64,000 bases of DNA from Carcharhinus amblyrhynchos (lineage: Eukaryota): contig OZ336871.1 of the NCBI GenBank assembly GCA_965287045.1, positions 99,076,001 through 99,140,000 on the forward strand, read 5' to 3'. Under the pieces are notes generated by a model. The model was not told the DNA's origin, ran no database searches, and saw only the letters and a program-made list of their open reading frames with translations. This document shows positions 37,624-48,802 of the stretch, piece by piece. How positions within the stretch are numbered: the stretch's first letter is position 1; every line of letters begins with the position of its first letter. The position numbers were made by a program, and so were the translations under genes.

Positions 37624-37960
37624 GATGATCAGGCAGGGGACGTGGCTAGCCCATTGCTCTGAGGATGTTCTCATGCCTCTGATCGTGGTTCCCTGAGCTA
37701 GGGTAAAGGATCAGGATAGTCAATGAGGTTAAATTGTGGCTTTATCTGATGCAATTTTTCAAAGCCACCACTACCTTTTGGCTAAGATGAAGTGTTAATC
37801 AAGCCCAAGATCAATGCCTCATCCTGTCAACTTGGATCTTGTTTGATCAAACCCAAGATCCTTGTCAGCTTGGATCTGGTTTATCTCTCATGTGGGGACT
37901 CTGATTGGACTTAATTGGCTTTTTTGATTAGGAATGAAGTACCAAAAGGTACAAAAAAAA
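37624..37960 (+). mobile_element. A-tailed retroposed insert whose 3' half is U2 snRNA-like
   Basis: Interrupts the CR1 between (R)MEY and SKEILLQLY. Ends in A8 at 37953-37960. Confidence 0.7.
37774..37932 (+). pseudogene. U2: Diverged U2 snRNA 5' region (U6-pairing region through an Sm-site-like tract)
   Basis: CCTTTTGGCTAAGATGAAGTGT matches U2 CCTTTTGGCTAAGATCAAGTGT at 21/22. Downstream TCCTTGTCAGCTTGGATCTG, a ...GGGGAC stem and TTAATTGGCTTTTTTG follow the U2 order. Confidence 0.7.
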
Positions 37961-38480
37961 TTCAAGTAAGGAAATTTTACTCCAGTTGTACAACTCCTTG
38001 ATGAGACCACATCTGGAATATTGTAAACAGTTTTGCTCCTCTTATTCGAAGAAGGATAGAATTGCATTTGAAGCAGCTCGGAAAAGGTTCACTCGACTCA
38101 TTCCTGGGATGAAGGGCTGATCTTATGAGGGAAGATTGAACAGGTTGGACCTTTACCCTTCGGAGTTTAGAAGAATAAGAGGTGATCTTATTGAAACATA
38201 TAAGACCCTTAGGGAACTTGATTAGGTGGATACTGGGTAGATGCTTCCTTGTATGGTAGAGACTAGAACCAGGGAACACAGTTTAAAAATGAAAGGTTCT
38301 CTTTTAAGGCACAATTGAAAAACATTTCTTCTCTCAGGGGTTCAGTAGCTGATGGAATTCTCTTGCACAGGAAACAGTAGAGGTTGGGTCATTGAATGTA
38401 TTATTGACAAGAGAGTTAAGGGATATTCAAAGCTTAGTTAGATTTTTGACAGAGTTATGAGGAGAAAGCAGGAAGGTGGA

Positions 38481-39040
38481 ACATAGAACATAGAACACTA
38501 CAGCTCAAACAGGCCCTTCGGCCCACGAGTTGTGCCGATCACATCAACACCTACCAATCCATAGACCTATCTATAACCCCCAATCCCACTAAATCCCATA
38601 TACTCATCCAGAAGTCTTTTAAAAGACCCCAGCGAGTTCGCCTCCACCACCACTGACGGCAGCCGATTCCATTCACTCACCACCCTCTGAGTGAAAAACT
38701 TACCCCTAACATCACTTCTGTACTTGCCTCCCTGCACCTTAAATCTGTGTCCTCTCGAAGCGACCATTTCAACCCGGGGAAATAGCCTCTGAGAGTCCAC
38801 CCTATCTATTCCTCTCAACATTTTGTAAACTTCTATCAGGTCGCCTCTCAACCTTCGTCTCTCCAGGGAGAAGAGTCCCAGCTCCCTCAACCTATCTTCA
38901 TAAGGCATGCCTCCCAATCCAGGCAACATCCTTGTAAATCTCCTCTGTACCCTTTCAATAGCTTCTACGTCCTTCCTATAGTGAGGTGACCAGAACTGCG
39001 CACAGTACTCCAAGTGAGGTCTGACAAAGGTCTTATAAAG
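38481..39040 (-). mobile_element. Young 5'-truncated CR1 inserted antisense in the 3'UTR of an older CR1
   Basis: Uninterrupted ORF 38567-39040 (RPHLEYCAQFWSP...WNRLP) and (TTCTATG)n tail at 38481-38496. Confidence 0.92.
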
Positions 39041-39149
39041 AGTTGAGACCATAATTGGATCACCCATGATCTTATCAAATAGTGCAGCACGTTCAAAGGG
39101 TTAAATAGCCTACTCTTCCTCCTAAGTCCTATGATGGAAATCTTCATCG

Positions 39150-42100
39150 AGAGATAAATTTTAATAAATGTTTCTAAAGGAGAAAAGTGTGATTGAGAAA
39201 TGCAGAGGTGTTGGGGGGGTATTTCAAAACACAGAGCTTATGCAGCTGAAGGCATGGCCACTAACGGTGAGACAAATTAAATTTGGGATGCAAAGGAAAC
39301 CTGAATTAGAGGAGTGCAGATGCCCTGCAAGGTTGTGGGGCAAGAAACAGGGAGTGACAAGGCCATAAAAGGAATTGAAAACAAGATCAATATCAAGCTC
39401 CAGTATACGATGAACTTTCAGGCAACATCTTTAAAATTCTGGACATGAACAGTCTGTTTAAATGGCCACTGGAATTCACATGACCTTTGGCATTTTGTCT
39501 CCAGACAGTCCTGAGTCTCTAGCAAACATTTAATTGGTATGGACATTCATGGCCAGCCTGGAAATTCACACACCTCTTTGTTTAAGGATGAACTATCAAC
39601 AATGGACTTATTGCATTCCAGCTGAATCATCTTTCTGCTTCACCATCAAAGCTCATGGGATGTATTTTCCTCAGAGTGAAAATTAGGGACAAATTGCCAT
39701 TCCATGTCCAATTACGTGCATCAATTTTCATCAGTGCCTGTCTCACCCAACTTTCGGATTCATGGCAAGCGAGATTCAGACAGTGAAGCACATCCCGAGG
39801 CCCAGCATCAAAGTTCAACACCATTAAAGTGAAGGAGATCACAGCCCCTTTTTACAGCACCAGCTGGGGTAAACTGGATCAGTTAAAGGCCCCATTGAAA
39901 ATTAAGTGTCTTTGACAGGCTGGGGAGAAAGTCTGAGGTAAGTGGTTAGGATTTAATGGATGGGAATGTTCAGGGATCTGCGGTCTGGGAGGGTTTGGAG
40001 GTTCGGCGGTCAAACCTAGGAAGAGGTTTGTGTTGAACACCAGAAAAAAATTGGATGGGCGGGTCTTGGATCTCATGGGGGTAAGATGGGGGAGAATTTG
40101 GGTTGGGTACATGGGGGTGGGTTGGGTTGGGTATGAGGAGGGTCAGGTTGGGTATGGGTGGGGTCAGAGAATGGGGGCTGGATCAGAGGAGAGGTCGGGT
40201 TGATGATTGGGGGCCAAACCTGTTTGAGGAGGTCAGGTCATGGCAGAGGTTGAGACATAATGGGGGCAGACTAACTCAGGTCCAGGGAAGTTGGGTCATG
40301 TCAAGGCATGAGGGAGCATTGAATTTTGTTGGGGGTATCAACTCAGGTCGAAGGAGTCAGGGGAGTGGATGGGGATGGGTGGGGGTATGTTGGGATTGGG
40401 GTGGCTTGGGTCAGGTCAGGGTGGTTTTGGACTATGTCAGGTTGGGTCAGGTCGGGGTGGCTGGGTCAGCTAGGACCTGCAGAATGGCTTGGGGAGGGTG
40501 GGTTTGCGGGGTGCGGGGTGCGGGGGGCGGGGGGGCGGGGGGGGCAGTGGGTGGGAAAGATGAGGTGGTGGAATTTGGGTAGGATTGGCAGTTGAGCATT
40601 GCATTGAGTTGTGGGAATGGAGGTTTTGGGCCTCAGGTAGGTATAGGTGAATTGGGCCCACAGGAGGTTGGCGGGAGGAGTCCCATATGGGTGGAGGAAG
40701 GTGTCAGGTTAGTCTAATCCTTTTAGCCAGGATGAATTTCAAAGTGTCAAAAAACAACACCAGATATGTAATGAATATCTTAGCTCACTTTGGACGAGAG
40801 ATTTTTGAACTTGTACCAGTCACATGATAAGCACAGCCATGTTTTCTGTCTACTTTTAAAACAGCAAAAGCTGCTTTGAGAGAAAGAATTCTATTAAAGT
40901 CAACCAGAGAAGCCATCCAAACACCTCCAAGTCAACCATCCAGTCAAGACAATCAACAACAATTCCTTGAAAGGGTGAGAAGGACTTCCGAATCCTGTTC
41001 CAACTTCAAGTTACCTGGAGAATTATGTTCAGTTTTGGTGTCCTTATCTGGGGAAGGATGTCCTTGTTGTAGAGGGAGCACAGCGAAAGTTTACCAGGCT
41101 GATTCCTGGGATGGCAGGCCTGTCATATGAGGAGAGACTAGGTCAGTTAGGATTATATTCACCGGAGTTTAAAAGAGTGGGAGGGGATCTCATAGAAACT
41201 TATAAAATTCTGACAGGATTAGACAGTGTAGATTCAGAAAGAATATTTTTGATGGTTGGGGAGTCCAGGACTAGGGGTCATAGTTTGAGGATAAGGGGTG
41301 AAGCTTTTAGAACTGAGGTGAGAAGAAATTTCTTCACCTAGAGAGCAGTGAATGTGTTGGAATTCACTACCACAGAAAATAGCTGAGGCCAAAACATTGT
41401 GTGATTTCAAGAAGAAATTAGGTATAGCTCTTTGGGCTAAGGGGATCAAGGGATATGAGGGGAAGGGCAGATCAGGATACTGAAGTTGAGGATCAGCCAT
41501 GATCAAAATGAATGGCAGAGCAGGCTCAAAGCTTCAAATGGCCTATTCCTGCTTCTAGTTTCACCTGAGAACCAATCTCCTAGAAATTCAACTATAAGGA
41601 GCTTCACTTACAAGAGAATGCCCTGCTTACAAAAACTTCACTTCAACTAAAAGCATCAACTCATCTAAGAAACTGCTATGAGAAATTGAAACAATTATAT
41701 TTTTGAATCATATATTTTGTTTAATCTGTATCTCATCTTTGTGTGAATGATTGTGTGTGTGAGGTGGATGAGTAAGGCATTGCTTTTTTCAATCTCAGAG
41801 TAAGTGTGAGATCAGAAAATGACCTTTTTATTTTTAAACTCACAAAAAAGCTTACTGCTGGAATGATTTAAATTCAGACAATCACGCTGAGAAAATACAC
41901 ACACTCCACAAATCCAAAACACATAAGTCATGAACAATAAGGAAACATAAATTTTGTCCGTGACAATGAGAATTTTAAAATCATGACATTGCTTGAGCCA
42001 AGCTAGGTCAGTAAGCATAAGTGTCGATAGGAGAACAGAACTCACTGCGAGTTAAGATACAGGCAGCAGGGTTTTGAATGGTTTGTGGAAGGTAGAATGT

Positions 42101-42790
42101 GGGAGACCAATCAGGAGTGCACTAGAATGGTTGAGTTTAGAGGTAACAAAAGCATGAATGAATGTTTCAGCAGTGGGTAAGCTGAATCGAGCAATGCTAC
42201 AGAGATGAAAAAATGAGCGCCTGGTGGTGGCATGAATATGGGGTCAGAAGCTCATTTCAGCTCAAATTTGACATCAAGGTTGTGAATCTTAGACTGTTGC
42301 CAGGGAGTGGGATAGAGTTATCATCCTTCCCAAAATTCAACTGGAAGAAATTTCTGCTCATCTAGTTTTGGATGCGAGATAAACAGTCTGATTATTTGGC
42401 AAAAGAGGTGGAGCTGGAGTTCCGGGTGAGATTAGGTAAAACTGGATGTCAACAGCATACCAGTGAAAATGAATGCTGTGCCTTTGGATAATGTCACCAA
42501 GGGGAAACATGTAGTTGATAAATAAGAGTTGGGAGGGCGCTGTTCGTGGAGAAGGACACCAAAGGTAATGATGTGGGACTAGGAAGAGAAGCCATTGCAA
42601 GTGATTCTTTGGCTCCAGTTAGGTAGGTAAGAATAGAGCCAGATGAGAGCAGCTCTACTTTAGTGAGACAACACTAGAGAGGCTATGGAGGAGGATAGTG
42701 CGATCAGCCAAGTCAGAAGCTGCTGACAATGTCCAGGAGGAAAGTTTACATTTGTCACAGCCACATAGAATGATATAAAAACTTGATTAA
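39150..42790 (-). mobile_element. Decayed L2-type LINE interrupted by an LTR-like block (about 39390-41965), itself containing a G-rich MITE and a CR1
   Basis: FINYMFPLGDIIQRHSIHFHWYAVDIQFY (YADD region) at 42358-42600. The antisense L2 sequence AAAACAAG|ATGAGAATTTT is split by the insertion. Confidence 0.6.
41010..41562 (+). mobile_element. CR1 3' fragment
   Basis: GLSYEERLGQLGLYSPEF...RRNFFT followed by a 3'UTR. Confidence 0.85.
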
Positions 42791-42797
42791 AGACATT

Positions 42798-42924
42798 GGC
42801 TGGAATTCTACCACCCCACCTGCCATGGGAAGCAGAGCAGGCGAGGGACAGAACATGGAAAAGTCCATTGACATCAGGCATGATTTTATGGTTTTGGGAC
42901 AAGCAAGACCTTAAAATCCTGCTC
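42798..42924. mobile_element. Harbinger-type MITE with ATT target-site duplication
   Basis: ATT|GGCTGGAATTCTA...TAAAATCCTGCTC|ATT. Confidence 0.7.
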
Positions 42925-44619
42925 ATTGGTTTTATTGAGAGTCTTAAAGAAAGGGGGGGGTGGAGTGAGAGGGGTGAAGGATCAGATAATGGGAGGAGGT
43001 AGAGGAGCAAGAGTGTAATTCACTCGCTGCCCACTGGATATATATGTGATAATAGTGGGAGTAAATCAATATATTAAGTACTTTTTTTCACAAACATATA
43101 CATATAATTTATACATACATCAAAAACAATTTCTTTAATAAGCTTCATAATAAGGTCATCTATTTTCTTCAAATGTGCAAACTGAAATCGTTCTATGGTA
43201 ATTATGTTCAATATATTCGCAGCAATTTTTATACGTAAGAATTAGGGCAATAAAATTACACCATAGAAAGCTAATACATAAACAATTATTGCATTCATTT
43301 AAATGCTTCTGATAAATTAACAAAGATACAAATTTCAGACTAATATATTAAGTATTTATATTTTAGTAATTGGTAAAGTACTTATGAGTTAAATGAACTT
43401 GGTATTTTCACAGATATTGGCAAGGCCTCACTGTTGAACTTGGGAAGAGCCAGCATATGGACAACTCTCCGCAGAGTAATGTTTAGAATGGGGATGCCTT
43501 ATTGAAAAATGCAACAGTCAATGACAATGCTTCCATGATTAGCTACAGATTGCTGTTTATTGGAATCTGATTAGGATTAGGGCATTCAAAGAAACACTCA
43601 GCTATATTTTTTATTTTGCTTTCCCTCCCTAAATTCACCAGTCCAGCTACATGTGAATCCTGCAGGGGAACATGGACCGGGAGTCCTCCCATTTTCCTGT
43701 GGCTTGTTGCCATAGGCACAATGTCCCTCTGCTAAATAGTCCCACATGCCCTTCCAATTCACGAAACAGTAGTCTGTTAGAGCACACTGTCCTCCATAAC
43801 TATATCGCTGATAGTTATTTGTGCAACCTTTCATACAGAGAATGCAGCAAATAATCCCATTTTTATACATTAAAGGGCACATCAGGAATTCAACCTTTGA
43901 AAAATTGCTTTAGAATGCAAACTGCGTGCCTTCTGTTACTTCTGACTGTCCTACTTACCCCTCTTGTGGTATTCAAGGATGAGGATCCTAGCAAGTTCTT
44001 GAATATGTAGCAGGTGTTTGTTGGGAAATGCGCGATGAGACAAAATCCGCCAGATATAGCACTACAGAGTCAAGGCCAGGTAATTTGTCATTGGCTGGTA
44101 TAAACACGACATGAGCTTCTCTCTCCTTCACCTTTCTCCACTCTGCCAGTGATGCAGAAAATCTGCAAAGTGAATACTCCCCCCTGTGAGCGACTTCTGA
44201 ACTTAAAAATAAAGGAAAGTCATTGAAAGCCTGAGTAGTAGTGTTTAACCCTACTTCAATAAATGCACAAAAAGCTCAAGGTTATGTAATGTGGAGAATG
44301 CTGATATTAATTATTTTAGTCAGAACCACCCACTAATAATTGGCTTAATTGATATTTTAGACACTGCAAAGTATTCCAATTTAGCTTGTTTAAACATTAC
44401 ACAGAAATGAGGACTTGTGGTAATTATGAGAGCTGCTAGGTTACTGGCAGAGGTAAGACATTGCATTAGGTGGTAAATGTATCAACATTACTGCAGACAG
44501 AGCAATTCAACAACAATTGCTTTGGATAATGGTTATTAGCCACTGTATTTCAGAAATAGTAACATTGTCTTAATTTATAAACTGTGGAACTGGATTTCCC
44601 AACAACCCAGCTCTATATA

Positions 44620-44890
44620 GGCAATATAGTGGCTCAGCGCGAGGGACTCAAGTTTGATTCCCAGCTTGAGTTGCTGCCTGTGTGGAATCTGCACACTGTG
44701 TCCATGGATTTCCTTTGGGTGCTCCGGTTTCCTCCCACAATCTGAAAGATGTGCTAGTTAGGTACATTGACCATGTTAAATTTTCCCTCAGTGTACCCAA
44801 ACAGGCGCCGGAGCATGGCGACTAGGAGATTTTCACAGTATCTTCATTGCAGTGTTAATGTAGGCCTACTTGTGACACTAATGAATTAAA
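44620..44890 (+). mobile_element. HE1/V-SINE, tail type B
   Basis: GGGTGCTCCGGTTTCCTCCCACA body and TTCATTGCAGTGTTAATGTAGGCCTACTTGTGACACTAAT end. Confidence 0.85.
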
Positions 44891-45954
44891 GAAAAATATT
44901 TTTCAGGATCCAATTTTGCCTGTAATTAAATCATAACAACAAGCTGTCAGGTGATAAAGGCTTTTACAAAAATATAATGGATGCTGTATTGTTTTTTAAT
45001 TGGTCGAAACATTGATTTGACAGTTTGGAAAGGCTTTCCGAAAGTGCAAATTAATTCACAAAGGCACCATGACCACTGAAGTCAGTTATTTGATGATCTG
45101 GCTATTATACATTTAATTAAACAATTGTGCTATCCCTACAGATATCTAAACAATTAAATGTACATCACACTTAGTATTGAAGATACTACACTTGAGAAAA
45201 CAAATTGCTACAAGTTAATTTCAGCTGTAACTGGTAGAGACAGAATTGCAATAAAAAAATAGCTTTATAGATTAATGCAGCACAATGAAACAGTCACACG
45301 TGGTTTTAATATTTTCCAAATACTTCTAACAAACTTCTGCAAAATTTACAGGAATGATAGAATTTCTTCTTTACTACAGTTGACTAGTTAAACATGTGAA
45401 GGGAGATGTGTTCAAGTGCTTACTCCGTTACCACAAATATTTTTTGAGTAGTATCACGTGCTGACCTTGGCAGTGAGTATATCTATGACGCAAGTTGCCA
45501 GAGTCTATATTCTTTGTAAAACAATGCTGCTATAGACCGAATACAGACACCTGCAACTTGTTGGAGTTTATTAAATTAATATCCTGTTCATAGCACAAAT
45601 TTATTCAGCTAACAGGAACTAACAATGGCACTTTTTCCAGAAATTGAAATGTTCCACACATTTAATACTTTATTGAAGCTGTCAACACATCTTACAAATA
45701 TTGCAGCACCTTTACAGACACAAAGCATTGACTGAGGTCAAAAGTGGGAATCTGGCTAAAACCAGTGAGGGGCTTGGGGTGGTCACTAGGCATTTATGTA
45801 TTCTTCCTTTTATTCCCCTGTTTCCCATGTACATCTGTTCTTCATCTTCTACTTTATTTTCCTTTTTGTTTCCTTCATCGACTTTGTGTGATTTGCAAGT
45901 TTCTCCTGTTTAGCCCAGCTGGGAAAAAAAAGCACAAGTTATCTATTGAGGTTT

Positions 45955-46141
45955 GGTTAACCCAAGGTGGGGGTGGGGGTGGGGGTTGGAGTGGTGGGGA
46001 GCGGTGTGTGGGGAGGCGAATTTTTCCATTCCGCCTGCCGCGGGAATTGTAGTGGGCAAGAGGTGGACCATAGAGCAAGGTCCGTTGCATTTGGGAGGGA
46101 TTTTCCAGTTTTGGGGCGAAGGTTGCCTGAAAATCCCACCC
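45955..46141. mobile_element. Harbinger-type MITE
   Basis: GGCGAATTTTTCC...GAAAATCCCACCC. Confidence 0.55.
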
Positions 46142-46932
46142 TGGATATTTATAGAATAATGAAAGCCTCTACTAAAACTATAGACCCTATAATTCTATAG
46201 TGCTATGAATACTGTGATAGCCCCACCTCCATAGTAATGATTTGATTCTCTTTCTGCCCAGAGATAGTAAAAGGGGTGCACCATTCATAATAATGTGAAA
46301 TTTTAACCTGCTTGTTTAGTAGTTCATCAGTTCACAAGTTATATAATAGTTAGGGATGTGCTAAAGTAAACATCTGTTTCAGAGGATCTAAAATTTGACT
46401 GCTTTAAACCTCAGTTCAGAATTCTAAAACATTAATGAATAGGGAATACAGGCTTTCAGACCTTGCTGCTCTGTAAAGCCAAATTTTTATCACTAATTAC
46501 CCATTGTTTCAAAACTCAAACAAGCCTGTTCCTCATTCTAACCTGATTTGTAATGGAGAACAACTGCACATCTGATTTCACTGCCACAAACTGACTGCTT
46601 TTACAGAGGCCATTTCTGAAGATTTCTGTTTCTGATTGTGGTTACAAACTGGAGAAATTACACAAACATACAAAAGTAGAGACCAATTAACAAGTATCTT
46701 CAGTGAAGACAGGCAGAAAATTATTTATTTACTCCATTCACCAGTTAGTTCAATGGAATCAGCTAGTTTCTTAGAGGTGGAAGTTGACGCCTCAAATCTG
46801 GGTGTGAAATGTGAACCCTATACAGGGAAATTAGGGGCTGAAATGTTCTTCTGTGCAGGTGGTAGTGGTAGTGCAGGTGCCACTTGGCACAGGGGGACAA
46901 GAAATCAAGGGTCAGAGCTAGCGCACTTGATA

Positions 46933-47213
46933 AAAGTTAAAGTTTATTTATCAGTCACAAGTAAGGCTTACATTAACACTGCAATGAAGTTACTGTGAAA
47001 TTCCCCTAGTCGCCACACTCCGACGCCTGTTCGGGTCAATGTTCCTCACCAGCATGTCTTTCAGACTGTGGGAGGAAACCAGAGCACCCAGAGGAAACCC
47101 ACGCAGACATAGGGAGAACATGCAAACTCTATACAGAAGGTAACCCAAGCCAGGAATCAAACCCGGGTCCCTAGCACTGTGAGGCAGCAGTGCTAACCAC
47201 TGTGCCAGCCATG
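46933..47213 (-). mobile_element. HE1/V-SINE, tail type B
   Basis: Homologous to 326-643, with a short internal deletion. Confidence 0.85.
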
Positions 47214-47889
47214 AATCATGCAACACAAAAGAAAGTCATTTGTCCTATTGTAAATTTGAAGACTGTTTGAAAGAGCCACCCAAACAGTCCCAGACCCTCT
47301 CCCCATGCCCTTACAATTGTTTCGCTTCAAGGACTTAGCCAATACTTTTTTGAACATCATTGAATCCGCTTCCACCACTCTGTTAGGCAATGTATTCCAG
47401 AACCTAACAATTGTGCTGGCCTGGGTTTTCCATCAGGTATGAGCTGGAACCATATGTGAGGCAGCAAGGGAAATGTCTCATTACAGCATTCATTTGGCAT
47501 CCGCCTTGCTGCCTTTGTATTCCAATGCCCGTGGCACCAGTCCAGTCCTGTGCACCTTGAAATGTGAGAGCAAAGCACACAACTACAGGCGCAGTGCAAC
47601 CAGAAGTCACTTTAAAACCACCTTGACTGACTGACTGATGAGAATAGCCCTCACCCTCTTTTTCAGTTTTTGCTTTCTTGCCATTGCTTGTTCATTCAGG
47701 CTGCCTTGCCTGCACTCTGGACATCACGCCCTGAATTTTCGCCAAAGACATGAGAAACATGAATCGGGAATAAAAACAAAAAGTGCTAGAAAAGATCACC
47801 AGGTCAGGCAGCACTTGTGGAGAGAAACAGAATATTTACAGAGTTTACTGGGGTGAGAAATCAGAGGGCTCAAATCCTAAAGCACCTCC

Positions 47890-48065
47890 AAAGGAGCTGA
47901 GGACCTGTTCAGGTAGATTAGTGAATTAATAGACTGCATCTTACCATGAGGCTCTACAAGACAGAGCAAAATCATGTGACATTGCATCACTTCCTGATTA
48001 AGTGTACTATTAGCCCTTCTACTTCAACTCCACTGCAAGTTCCTGACTCTCCCCAATATACCACA
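47890..48065 (-). mobile_element. Probable solo LTR related to 52662-52858
   Basis: Shares CATCTT..CA..AGG.TC.ACAAGA.AGAGCAA..ATCATGTGA.A.TGCAT with 52755-52820. Confidence 0.5.
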
Positions 48066-48802
48066 TCTTCCCTGCCTTTTATAAGGCTAAACCTGTGGTG
48101 GTTTCACTAGTCGAGCTAAATGGGTCCTCTGCTCCTTTGGAGGGCATTTGAGATTTAAACCCGCTAGGGCAGAAGGAAAATTAATAAATGGAATCAGGTT
48201 AATCAGTCTGGTGGTCATCTGGATTAGTAGATGAATACAGCATCTTTGGTCTGTTCAGATTGGCTTTGACTTTACAAAAGATTCCTTCTATGTGACAACT
48301 AGTGCATGTCTATTCCATCTCATCTCACTTTTATTTGTTTGAATGAGGTAGGACCTTGGATGTGGTGTCTGTTCAAACACTTGTCCATAAAGAGTTTGGT
48401 CATGGATCCAAACTGGCTCCCCTGATTGGCAATCTTATAGTTAGCCAGTGGTGTTTATCATAGTTACACACATGGCTCTCATTCTGTCTCTCCCTCATCT
48501 TGTTCAGTCATCAACTTGCACACATGGCATAGATGTATGTGAAAGTGTAGGTAGTTGAGTTCTCAGTCATCTTCCTGGAGGAGTTTATAAAGTGTTAAAT
48601 CATATCAGACTGCAATTTAATGATAGCTCAGGGTACAATTTGGATGTCATTGTTCAAATTTAGCAGATATTTAATTAAATACACTCCTTTTTCAGCTTCA
48701 CTGCTAGTTTGGGTGCATCTTGGTGAACTCGTTGGATGGACAAATCCATATGATGCTGTGAACACTTTAAAATATTAATTAGTGTAATCCATTGTCCAAT
48801 GT

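Larger units (their letters stand above)
37090..39135 (+). mobile_element. Older CR1 LINE (RT to 3'UTR) hosting two later insertions
   Basis: SGVPQ, FADG and RPHLEYC motifs. The 3'UTR resumes at 39041 (GTTGAGACC...CCTATG). Confidence 0.85.

Noticed and set aside
37774-37932. Functional U2 snRNA gene
   Set aside because: The first ~12 nt and the 3' stem-loops are missing, the branch-point recognition sequence is disrupted, and it is embedded in an A-tailed insert.
44170-44200. HRGEYS peptide on the minus strand resembling the neurotrophin mature N-terminus
   Set aside because: No further neurotrophin cysteines or motifs follow and the frame stops. Chance match.
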